Shown here piece after piece: positions 7,206-15,658 of a stretch of 21,812 nucleotides of DNA. The position numbers and the translations under genes are program-made. Each line of letters opens with the position of its first letter. The stretch's first letter is position 1. Origin of the DNA: Candidatus Helarchaeota ASGARD archaeon Hel_GB_B (GTDB lineage: Archaea; Asgardarchaeota; Lokiarchaeia; Helarchaeales; HEL-GB-B). The stretch lies in the NCBI GenBank assembly GCA_005191425.1, contig SUPR01000063.1:1-21812 (forward strand). The letters run 5' to 3'. The notes beneath the pieces are model-generated. The model was not told where the DNA came from. It saw nothing but the letters and a program-made list of their open reading frames with translations, and made no database searches.

Positions 7206-9128
7206 ATGTCTAAATGGAATTATGAAAAATTGGGATTAAAGGCTGGAATTGAGATTCACCAAGAACTGAGAACGAATTCAAAATTATTTTGTAGATGTAG
7301 TCCGATATTGACTACTGAGAAACCCGATTTTATTTTGCAAAGAAACTTTCGGCCTGTACTTGGTGAAATGGGCGAATTCGATAAAGCTATGTTGGTTGAA
7401 TATCAAAAAGGACTAAAAATTCAATATGAAGGTTTTGATAATTGTACATGCAGCTACGAAATCGATGAAACTCCTCCATTCGAAATCGATAAAAGGTCCA
7501 TTGAAATTGGGATCACCTTGTGTCTTTTATTAAATATGTCTCTTATTAAAGAACTTCATGTTTGTCGAAAAAATTATCTAGATGGTTCCGTTCCATGCGG
7601 ATTTCAAAGAACACTAATAATGGGTATTAATGGACATATAGAAATTAACAACAAAAAGTATGGAATAAATACGTTGTGTATTGAAGAAGATGCTGCGAGA
7701 AAAGTAAGTTATAATGAAAAAAATAAAATTATTACTTATAGGTTAGATCGGCTAGGAATACCACTTGTAGAAATAGTCACAGATCCAGATATTAAGACCC
7801 CTGAAGAGTTTAAAGAGGTGGCTTTTAATTTAGGGCTGTTATTAAGGTCATCTGGGCTTGTTAAAAGAGGTCTAGGTACAATTCGTCAAGATATCAATGT
7901 TAGTATTGAAAATGGTGCAAGGGTTGAGATTAAAGGCGTTCAAAAATTAGATTGGATTAAAGGGTTAATCGACAACGAAATTGAACGTCAATTAAACCTT
8001 ATCAAAATAAAAATGGAAATGGAAAAGAGGGACTTGAAAGAATCTGATTTTGATACTGATATAATTGATTTATCTAATATTTTTAAAAATACCAAGTTTA
8101 ATTATCTAAAATCGGCACTTAAAAAAAACATGAAAGTTTTTGGAATTAAAGCACCAAAAATGCAAGGATTATTATGTTTTGAGATTTTACCTAAAAAAAG
8201 ATTTGGAAAAGAAATTGCCGAAAAAATCAAAATCATCACCGGTCTTAAAGGTATAATACACTCAGATGAAGATTTGAATAAATATAATTTGACAGATACT
8301 GAAATTTCAGCAATTAAAGAAAAACTAAATATTTTGGACAATGATGCTTTTATTTTTTTATTTGGCCCAGAGGATAAAGCTAAAAAGTCATTAGAAGTAG
8401 TAATATCCAGGTTAAAAATGGCATTAAAAGGAGTCCCACAAGAAACCAGACGAGCTAAAGAAGATCTTACTACTGAATTTATTAGAGAACTACACGGTGG
8501 TAAAAGATTATATCCAGATACCGATACACCCCCCATTATTATTAATGATAAGATGATTTCTGAAATAAAATCAAATTTACCTGAATATCCTTGGAAAATA
8601 ATTGACAAAATAAAAAGCAAATTTAAATTGGACGAAAAAACAATTACGGACCTCATCTTAACTCAAAATCTTCATTTATTTGAAAAAGTTATGAACAATT
8701 ATAATGTAGAACCTAAATTAATTGCAAAAACACTTCTGGAAACTATCAAAGCAATGCATAGAGATGGAATTCCCGTCCAAAATATAACTGACGACCACAT
8801 TTTGAGTTTATTTAAAGCATTAAGTGAACAAAAAATAGCTAAAGAAGCAATTAATGACGTTTTAAAATTAATGGCACAAAATCCTAATAAATCTCTTGAC
8901 AAGATTTTAAAGTCCTTGAATTTAAAATCTATTTCTGAGGAATCATTAGAAGAAATTATTGAAAATGTCATTGAAAATAATAAAAATTTAATTAAAAATA
9001 AGGGTGAGATGGCTTTTAAGCCATTAATGGGTGAAATAATGAAGTCTGTTCGGGGTAAAATTGATGGTAAAAAAGTATCATCTCTTTTAAAATCAAAATT
9101 ATCAAGATATATTATGAATAATAAGTAA
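7206..9128 (+). CDS. gatE: Glu-tRNA(Gln) amidotransferase subunit E
   Basis: GLKAGIEIHQEL...KLFCRC, GFQRT, CIEEDAARK, YRLDRLGIPLVEI, KRGLGTIRQDINVSI, RVEIKGVQ, an AspRS-like insertion (GIIHSDE), GVPQETRRA and a C-terminal YqeY-like tail (LMGEIMKSVRGKIDG). Adjacent to gatD. Confidence 0.93.
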   Translation: MSKWNYEKLGLKAGIEIHQELRTNSKLFCRCSPILTTEKPDFILQRNFRPVLGEMGEFDKAMLVEYQKGLKIQYEGFDNCTCSYEIDETPPFEIDKRSIEIGITLCLLLNMSLIKELHVCRKNYLDGSVPCGFQRTLIMGINGHIEINNKKYGINTLCIEEDAARKVSYNEKNKIITYRLDRLGIPLVEIVTDPDIKTPEEFKEVAFNLGLLLRSSGLVKRGLGTIRQDINVSIENGARVEIKGVQKLDWIKGLIDNEIERQLNLIKIKMEMEKRDLKESDFDTDIIDLSNIFKNTKFNYLKSALKKNMKVFGIKAPKMQGLLCFEILPKKRFGKEIAEKIKIITGLKGIIHSDEDLNKYNLTDTEISAIKEKLNILDNDAFIFLFGPEDKAKKSLEVVISRLKMALKGVPQETRRAKEDLTTEFIRELHGGKRLYPDTDTPPIIINDKMISEIKSNLPEYPWKIIDKIKSKFKLDEKTITDLILTQNLHLFEKVMNNYNVEPKLIAKTLLETIKAMHRDGIPVQNITDDHILSLFKALSEQKIAKEAINDVLKLMAQNPNKSLDKILKSLNLKSISEESLEEIIENVIENNKNLIKNKGEMAFKPLMGEIMKSVRGKIDGKKVSSLLKSKLSRYIMNNK

Positions 9129-9142
9129 AAAGGGTATTTGAA

Positions 9143-10534
9143 TTGAGTAATGAAGATAAATTAAAAGGTTATTCTGGTCCAATCAAAAAAAAGTTAGAAC
9201 AATTAAATATTAAAATTTGGGATCGCATCAAAATTACTTCAGACAAGGATAAATTTGAAGGTATTCTACTTCCACGTACAGAATTTGACAAGCCAAATTT
9301 TTATTATCTTAAACTTGATAATGGATATAATATTGGAGTCGAATATCAAGAAGACCATAAAATTGAAGTTATTGGTTATCATGAAGGTAAATATCAATTA
9401 CCTGAAAAAAAAGTAATATACAATGAAAAAAAGCCGAACATATCATTACTTGGGACTGGAGGCACGATAGCATCTCGACTCGATTACAGAACTGGTGCTG
9501 TATTGCCAGCATTTACTCCAGCAGAATTATTTACTGCAGTTCCAGAATTAGAAGAAATTTGCAATTTAGATACAAAAATTGTTTTTGAATTATTATCTGA
9601 AGATATGACACCAGAAAAATGGCAAATATTAGGCAGAGAAGTAGCACATCAAATTAATGACAACAATGTTGATGGTGTGGTTATAGCTCATGGGACTGAT
9701 ACAATGGCTTTTACAGGTACAGCACTTTCACTTATGTTAAAAGATTTACCAGTCCCTGTTGTTATGGTGGGTAGTCAAAGAAGTTCTGACCGTCCATCCA
9801 GCGATTCAGCAATGAATTTAATTCATGCAATCAATGTTGCAGCAAAAAGCGATATAGCTGAAGTATTACTATGTATGGCTGGGTCTTCCAATCACAAATT
9901 TGGATATATTCACAGACCTGGTCTAGTCCGTAAAATGCATAGTTCTCGCCGGGATACTTTTAAAACTATTGGGTCTAGGCCAATTGGAATGGTTGAAAAA
10001 GACAAAATTACTATTTTTGAAACAAATTATAACAAAAGAAGTAAAAATAAAAGAAAAAAAGTTAAACTAGATGATAAATTTGACCCTCGTGTTGGCTTAA
10101 TTTATCATTACCCTGGAATACAACCTGATATAATTGAAAATTTAATTGATAATGATTATCATGGAATCGTTATTGCAGGAACTGGCTTGGGTCATATAAG
10201 TAAAAACTTAATTGAGCCTTGTAAAAAAGCAATTTCCAATAATATAGCTATTGTAATGACTGTCCAAACTCTATGGGGATTTACAGGGCTTCAAGTTTAT
10301 GAGCGCGGACGAGAATTATTAAATATTGGAATAATACCTGGTCATAATCTTCTTCCAGAATCTGCATATGTAAAATTAAGTTGGGTTCTAGGACATACAA
10401 GAGATTTATCTGAAATTAACAAATTAATGAGAGAAAATATCGCTGGTGAAATATTCGACCGTGAAATTTATAAGGGATTTTTAATATTTCAAGGAGTTGA
10501 ACCTTGGATTAATGATATTTTAACAAAAATATAA
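9143..10534 (+). CDS. gatD: Glu-tRNA(Gln) amidotransferase subunit D (asparaginase-like)
   Basis: N-terminal Sm-like extension (EGILLPR...KLDNGYNIG), LGTGGTIASRLDYRTGAV, HGTDTM, GSQRSSDRPSSD, KMHSSRRDTF and GTGLGH. TTG start. Confidence 0.95.
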   Translation: MSNEDKLKGYSGPIKKKLEQLNIKIWDRIKITSDKDKFEGILLPRTEFDKPNFYYLKLDNGYNIGVEYQEDHKIEVIGYHEGKYQLPEKKVIYNEKKPNISLLGTGGTIASRLDYRTGAVLPAFTPAELFTAVPELEEICNLDTKIVFELLSEDMTPEKWQILGREVAHQINDNNVDGVVIAHGTDTMAFTGTALSLMLKDLPVPVVMVGSQRSSDRPSSDSAMNLIHAINVAAKSDIAEVLLCMAGSSNHKFGYIHRPGLVRKMHSSRRDTFKTIGSRPIGMVEKDKITIFETNYNKRSKNKRKKVKLDDKFDPRVGLIYHYPGIQPDIIENLIDNDYHGIVIAGTGLGHISKNLIEPCKKAISNNIAIVMTVQTLWGFTGLQVYERGRELLNIGIIPGHNLLPESAYVKLSWVLGHTRDLSEINKLMRENIAGEIFDREIYKGFLIFQGVEPWINDILTKI

Positions 10535-10544
10535 AAACAATTTA

Positions 10545-11024
10545 TCAATCAATTTTTTTAAAAATTTTTTTCAAATCTTTAAGTGTCTCGGAAACTACAG
10601 TTTCAAATGATGACAGTTCTGATCTATTTACCAATCTATCTAAATTTTCTTCCCAATTATTGAACTTATTTAAATCATTAAAAGGGTTTTTCCTCTTTAA
10701 ATCTTTATTAAATTTTGTTATAAAACTACGTTTTATAGAGTTTAATAATATTTTTGCTTGGTTTATATCGTCATCTTTCTCACAAATTACTATAAATTTG
10801 ATTTTATATTTTTTAGATATATCCCCAACAAATTTATACTCATCCGTTTCAATTGTCTGGATTTGTGTTCCTGCCCCTATAGATTGAGCGAATGAATCAA
10901 TTGCGGTAAGAAATCCTGAAATTATTGAAGGGCTCTCTTTGATTGAGTGATAATCTTTTGAAAAGATTAATGTCCCATTCGGTTGTAATACTAAAATATT
11001 TTGGATCGCCATTTTGATCGTCAA
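10545..11024 (-). CDS. stand-alone longin-like domain protein
   Basis: The pattern IQNILVLQPNGTLIFSKDY...IISGFLTAIDSFAQSI...IQTIETDEYKFV...KFIVIC...LLNSIKRSFITKF matches the beta-beta-alpha-beta-beta-beta-alpha-alpha longin order familiar from Asgard proteins. The start is probably ATG at 11012. Confidence 0.7.
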   Translation of the reverse strand: MTIKMAIQNILVLQPNGTLIFSKDYHSIKESPSIISGFLTAIDSFAQSIGAGTQIQTIETDEYKFVGDISKKYKIKFIVICEKDDDINQAKILLNSIKRSFITKFNKDLKRKNPFNDLNKFNNWEENLDRLVNRSELSSFETVVSETLKDLKKIFKKID

Positions 11025-11306
11025 TCGATTTAAAGATCATTACTTATTTTATCAAAAACATTTGTTTTCTAATTATTATTAAAACATAATTTTCTGATTT
11101 TTTAATGGGAATATACAATTAATTATATAAAATTTTTAATTAAAAAAGATTATTTAAATTCTGATTAAATAGTTTAAAAATAAAATACAAATAAAAACGT
11201 AATAAATAATTTCATTTTATTTTATATATTGCATTTTAAAAGGAAAAAATGTTAAAAAAATTTAACTAAATAAATTTTAAAATAAATATGGTTCATAGTC
11301 GATATT

Positions 11307-12608
11307 ATGTCATTACAAAACGAGTCAATAGATCTGACAAAAGGGAAATATTATCAATTAATTGGCCCATGTAAAGTTATTATTAAATTAGGCGAAATTC
11401 AAATATTGGGGAAAAAATTCAAAAAAAGTGATTCTTTTATAATAAAAAATGGGAAAGCTTTACCCATTAAAGTATTACAAAATTCTGTAATAATACTTTC
11501 AGGGAATAAAGATTCTATTATTGAATTAGAAAATACAATTGGAAAAGATTGGCTGAGATTATTGGAAGAAATTCTCGCTATCAAGAAAAATAAAAAACAA
11601 ATTAAAATAGTTGTTATCGGCAAAATTGATTGTGGGAAAACAACTTTAATCATTTGGTTGACAAATAAATTATTAGAATCAAATCCTGACGCTAAAATCG
11701 GAATAATTGATCTGGATATGGGGCAAGGTGCGATCTCACCTCCAACTACATTTGGACTGGGAATTTGTAATCAACAAATAATAAATATTGAATCCGTTCA
11801 GCTTAAACAAATGGAATTTATTGGTAATATTTCTCCAAAAAGACATATGCTCCGCTGTTGTACTGCATTATTAAATTTATTAAAAGAAACTTCCAATTTA
11901 GATTTTATTCTTATTGATACTACTGGTTGGGTAAATGATACTGCTTCTAGGATGTATAAAACAGCAAAATTAAAGATAATAGAGCCTGATATTATAGTTA
12001 ATATTAATGAATCATATAATGATAATGTCGAATTATATACGCTTTTAATTCCATTAAGAAATACATATAAAATATTTTCAATTAAAAAATCGCCCTACAT
12101 TTATAGTCGAAATAGAATAATGAGAAAAAATATTAGAGAAAATTCATTGTCCAGATATTTTAACAATTCAAGACTTAGGACATTTAATTTTGAAAAAATT
12201 GACTTACTTTACACTCATTTGAGGTTAGGTAATTCTGTTGATACTAAAATAATTAAATATATTGAAGATTATTTAGGAATTAAAATAATATACTCTGAAA
12301 TTTCTCCGGAATGCCTTTTAATCGTGTCTAATAAAAAAATAATCCTAACTAAAGATGATTTTTATTTTTTAAGATCTCGTTTTGAGGTTTCTGAGATAAG
12401 TATTCATACTATTGAAGAATTAACTGGGCAAATTGTTGGATTAAAAAGGCATGAAAATTTTTTAGGACTTGGAATTATCTCTAATTATGATTTTAATAGT
12501 AAAAATATTGTGATTTTAACTCCTATAGATGGAAAAATAACTTCTATCGAATTTGGGTCTTTAAAACTCGATAAAAATTTTTCAGAAGTTTCTTACATTC
12601 AGTTTTAA
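11307..12608 (+). CDS. Clp1/Nol9/Grc3-family polynucleotide 5'-OH kinase
   Basis: Walker A GKIDCGKTT, Clp1-type DLDMGQ, Walker B region LIDTTGWV and a lid with RNRIMRKNIRENSLSRYF. It also has an N-terminal beta-rich domain (YYQLIGPCKVIIKLGEIQILG) and a C-terminal domain (GQIVGL...FLGLGII...IVILTP). Confidence 0.85.
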   Translation: MSLQNESIDLTKGKYYQLIGPCKVIIKLGEIQILGKKFKKSDSFIIKNGKALPIKVLQNSVIILSGNKDSIIELENTIGKDWLRLLEEILAIKKNKKQIKIVVIGKIDCGKTTLIIWLTNKLLESNPDAKIGIIDLDMGQGAISPPTTFGLGICNQQIINIESVQLKQMEFIGNISPKRHMLRCCTALLNLLKETSNLDFILIDTTGWVNDTASRMYKTAKLKIIEPDIIVNINESYNDNVELYTLLIPLRNTYKIFSIKKSPYIYSRNRIMRKNIRENSLSRYFNNSRLRTFNFEKIDLLYTHLRLGNSVDTKIIKYIEDYLGIKIIYSEISPECLLIVSNKKIILTKDDFYFLRSRFEVSEISIHTIEELTGQIVGLKRHENFLGLGIISNYDFNSKNIVILTPIDGKITSIEFGSLKLDKNFSEVSYIQF

Positions 12609-12618
12609 TTATTAATGT

Positions 12619-13194
12619 TTATCCTATTCTTCCCACTGCTCTGACCATAATTTGAAATCCTTGTTTTGTTTTGTCATAATTGATCAATTTTTCAATCATA
12701 ATTTTATAATCGATTTCCATTATTTGGGAAATTGTTTGAGGTATTGATTTCATAGCGTTTGTTAATAATATTCTACAGACCTCTTCTATGGGATAATCTA
12801 ATGAATATTCTTTAAGTTTTGATTCAATAATGTTAAGCTCTTCTGGAGAATAAAAATAATTCACTAGTATCACTGCATCCACTGAGCTTGGACCTCTCAT
12901 ACAACTTAAACGGAGTGAATAATATTGAAAAGGATAAATCTCAGTAAGCCATTTACGAAAAATCATATTACCATAAGCCTCAATGAACGGTGATATTAAA
13001 TGTTTACCTTGATCCTTCTTCCATTTCTCCCAAATTGGCTTAAAACTCTCAATAAAATTATTTAATATGTTTTCGTCTCTTAAAGCTTCCGATAAAAATG
13101 CATTTGTTAATTTACCGCCGGTAATTTCCAATTTACTTTTTGATAAGATGCGGTCTACAAAATCCGAAAATTGAGAACTCATGTTAATCATCAA
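12619..13194 (-). CDS. hypothetical protein
   Basis: About 190-aa ORF that fills the gap between two clear genes. No recognised motif. The start could be TTG 13194, ATG 13191 or ATG 13182. Confidence 0.75.
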   Translation of the reverse strand: MMINMSSQFSDFVDRILSKSKLEITGGKLTNAFLSEALRDENILNNFIESFKPIWEKWKKDQGKHLISPFIEAYGNMIFRKWLTEIYPFQYYSLRLSCMRGPSSVDAVILVNYFYSPEELNIIESKLKEYSLDYPIEEVCRILLTNAMKSIPQTISQIMEIDYKIMIEKLINYDKTKQGFQIMVRAVGRIG

Positions 13195-13344
13195 TTTCTT
13201 TAATTCTTTTATATAAATAATTGTATTATGATCTAATTATTCATTAAATAAAACTTTCTTTTAAAATGTCAGAAATCAACACCAGATAACTTATAATCAA
13301 AATTAGAAAAAAATAAAATAAAAAAAATCTATTGGGTAAAAGTT

Positions 13345-14337
13345 ATGAAAATTCTATTTGCTGGTACTGGTTTTAAATTTGCTGCTAATAAATTGATTGA
13401 AAAAATTGATGAAATAAATAATAAAATTGATTATAATGAAAGGTTAGAACTAATATTTCAAGATTCGTCCAGAAGTCTATTATCCCAAATAGAAGGAATC
13501 AGCGTTATCATACCTACAATGGAGAAAATCGATGAATCAATTATTAAAAAAGGAAGTAATTCAAAATTGAAATTAATACAACAATTTGGAGTTGGATTAG
13601 AGGGCGTTGATATAGATTCAGCAACAAAATATAAAATTTATGTAGCAAATGCACAAGATAGTAATGCTATCACTCTTGCTGAATCTGTCTTTTTCCTTAT
13701 GCTAAGTCTTTCTAAAAGATCCAATCTGATTAGTAAAGCATTTAAAAAAAGACAATTGGGGTCTCCTGTCTCTACTGAATTGTATAATAAAACTTTGGGA
13801 ATAATTGGACTTGGTAGATCTGGAACTGAAATTGCAAAGCGTGCTATTGCATTTGGAATGAAAGTTATTGCAATAAAAAAGACTCCAAATCCTGAACTTG
13901 CACATAAATTAAAATTAGACTTCCTTGGTACCGCTGATAATCTAGACTACATTTTAAAAAATTCTGATTTTATTACTCTAAATCTCCCAGCAAATGAGGA
14001 AACTATTAACCTTATTGACATAAAACAATTTGAAATGATGGAGAAAAAACCTTATATTATAAATGTTGCACGCGGTCCAATCATTAAGAAAGAAGCATTA
14101 ATTTCAGCGTTAGAAAGGAATTTGATTAAAGGTATTGCGTTAGATGTTTACTGGAATGAACCACCAGATCCTAAAGATGACTTGTTTACTAAATTTGACA
14201 ATGTGATTACAACTCCTCATATTGGTGGTACATCTGTTGAATCTGTTATGCGTATGGCCGATATTGTAGTTCATAACATATTAGCAATATCAAAAGGCAA
14301 AGTACAATCATTGAAAAATATCGTGAACAAATTTTAA
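13345..14337 (+). CDS. D-isomer-specific 2-hydroxyacid dehydrogenase (NAD(P)-binding)
   Basis: GVGLEGVDI, Rossmann motif KTLGIIGLGRSG, and catalytic Arg/Glu/His contexts NVARG, DVYWNEP and TPHIGG. No ACT domain, so it is not called serA. Confidence 0.9.
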   Translation: MKILFAGTGFKFAANKLIEKIDEINNKIDYNERLELIFQDSSRSLLSQIEGISVIIPTMEKIDESIIKKGSNSKLKLIQQFGVGLEGVDIDSATKYKIYVANAQDSNAITLAESVFFLMLSLSKRSNLISKAFKKRQLGSPVSTELYNKTLGIIGLGRSGTEIAKRAIAFGMKVIAIKKTPNPELAHKLKLDFLGTADNLDYILKNSDFITLNLPANEETINLIDIKQFEMMEKKPYIINVARGPIIKKEALISALERNLIKGIALDVYWNEPPDPKDDLFTKFDNVITTPHIGGTSVESVMRMADIVVHNILAISKGKVQSLKNIVNKF

Positions 14338-14490
14338 TTTTATCTATACTAAACAATCAAAATTTTATAGAAAAAATGATTTTATTTAAATAAAGTTTTT
14401 ATTTTGAAAAATATTTATTTCAACTACATTGTTAAAAATATTCCAAATATAAACTGCCCTCCTTAAGTATATTTTAAAAGAGGAATATAA

Positions 14491-15654
14491 ATGTACTCAT
14501 TGTGGAATTTAATCAAAAAAGAATTCGATCGGATTATAACCGACCGAAAATCATTAATTATGTTATTTTTATTACCTTTAATTACTATTATAATATTTGG
14601 GCTTTCGTCGGGTGGTGGATATATATCTACCTTTGATGCTGCCCTTATTTCTTACGATTCTCAGAGTTGGAATGGGACTTCCTATAATAATTATGAATCA
14701 ACAATGATAAATTCTTATCTTAATAGTTCACTCATTAACCTTAATTCTAATCTTGTATTTACCGAGTCATCGGGATTTAATGATTCAAAAATTTTTAACA
14801 GCCTACCCCCCAAGGTAAAATTATTGTTGTACAATGGTGATGTTGCAGTCATTGTAGTGATTCCACCAAATTTTAGTGAAACTGTCAATAAGTCAATTAA
14901 TTCTGTTCTATATTATGTATATGATGCTTCTGATTTGATGACCACAAGTAGTATCGGCGTTTCAATGCAAGAACCACTATTACTCTTTAGAGTGGCAATT
15001 AGTAATTTTAAAGGTGTTGTATTAGCATTTCCATCTCCTGAATATGATGTGCCATCATGGTATAACCAAATTTTAAATTATTCAGCTGCAATATTAATAA
15101 TAATAATAATTTTAGGTACATCAATTAATTTGACAGCATTGAGCGTAGTTTCAGAAGGGCCATTACCCAGAATGATGCTTACTCCTGCGAATAAAACTAA
15201 CACTGTATTAGCTAAATTTATTTCATATTCCGCAATTATGACTGTTCAAGCTCTTGTAGTTTTTTTCGGTAGTATGGCATTTGGTCTATATGTTTTGGGG
15301 AATCTTATTGATATATTAATTGTCTTAATATTAGTTGGATTATCTGGTGTTAGTATTGGTCTATTAATTTCATGTATTAGTACTTCAGAGCAGCAAGCAA
15401 ATCAATTATATATTGGTGTTTTCATATTTTTAATACTTTTTTCAGGAGCTTTTATCCCATTAGAATCGATGCCCGCAGCTGCTCAAATGTTTTCAAATAG
15501 CTTATCTATAACGAATGGTATTCAATTATTTTTAGATGTATCACTAAAAGGAATGTCATTAGACCTACTTCGCGTTAGTTTCATTTTAATTTTCATATTA
15601 GTACTCCTTATAGCATCAATTGTTATATTCAGATTTAGAAAAATGGAGGTTTAA
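14491..15654 (+). CDS. ABC-2 type transporter permease (N-terminal TM, large extracellular domain, five C-terminal TMs)
   Basis: KEFDRIITDRKSLIMLFLLP start motif and coupling region PRMMLTP...LAKF. The loop carries several N-x-S/T sequons. SD GAGGA at 14480-14484. Confidence 0.88.
   Translation: MYSLWNLIKKEFDRIITDRKSLIMLFLLPLITIIIFGLSSGGGYISTFDAALISYDSQSWNGTSYNNYESTMINSYLNSSLINLNSNLVFTESSGFNDSKIFNSLPPKVKLLLYNGDVAVIVVIPPNFSETVNKSINSVLYYVYDASDLMTTSSIGVSMQEPLLLFRVAISNFKGVVLAFPSPEYDVPSWYNQILNYSAAILIIIIILGTSINLTALSVVSEGPLPRMMLTPANKTNTVLAKFISYSAIMTVQALVVFFGSMAFGLYVLGNLIDILIVLILVGLSGVSIGLLISCISTSEQQANQLYIGVFIFLILFSGAFIPLESMPAAAQMFSNSLSITNGIQLFLDVSLKGMSLDLLRVSFILIFILVLLIASIVIFRFRKMEV
15645..15650 (+). 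promoter_or_regulatory. Shine-Dalgarno site (GGAGGT) embedded in the last codons of the upstream permease
   Basis: GGAGGT lies 8 nt before TTG 15659. Analogous GAGGT sites occur at 16847-16851 (before TTG 16858) and 17830-17834 (before ATG 17844). Confidence 0.75.
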
Positions 15655-15658
15655 TTGA

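Noticed and set aside
8102-8971. 184-aa and 90-aa - strand ORFs
   Set aside because: Antisense shadows inside gatE. They look hydrophobic only because of reverse-complement codon bias.
10660-10887. 75-aa + strand ORF
   Set aside because: Antisense to the longin-like gene.
11288-11374. 28-codon out-of-frame ORF overlapping the start of the Clp1-type gene
   Set aside because: It has no SD or recognisable content and is mostly within the real gene, so it is expected by chance.
11399-11653. 84-aa - strand ORF
   Set aside because: Antisense shadow inside the Clp1-type kinase.
13702-13905. 67-aa - strand ORF
   Set aside because: Antisense shadow inside the dehydrogenase.
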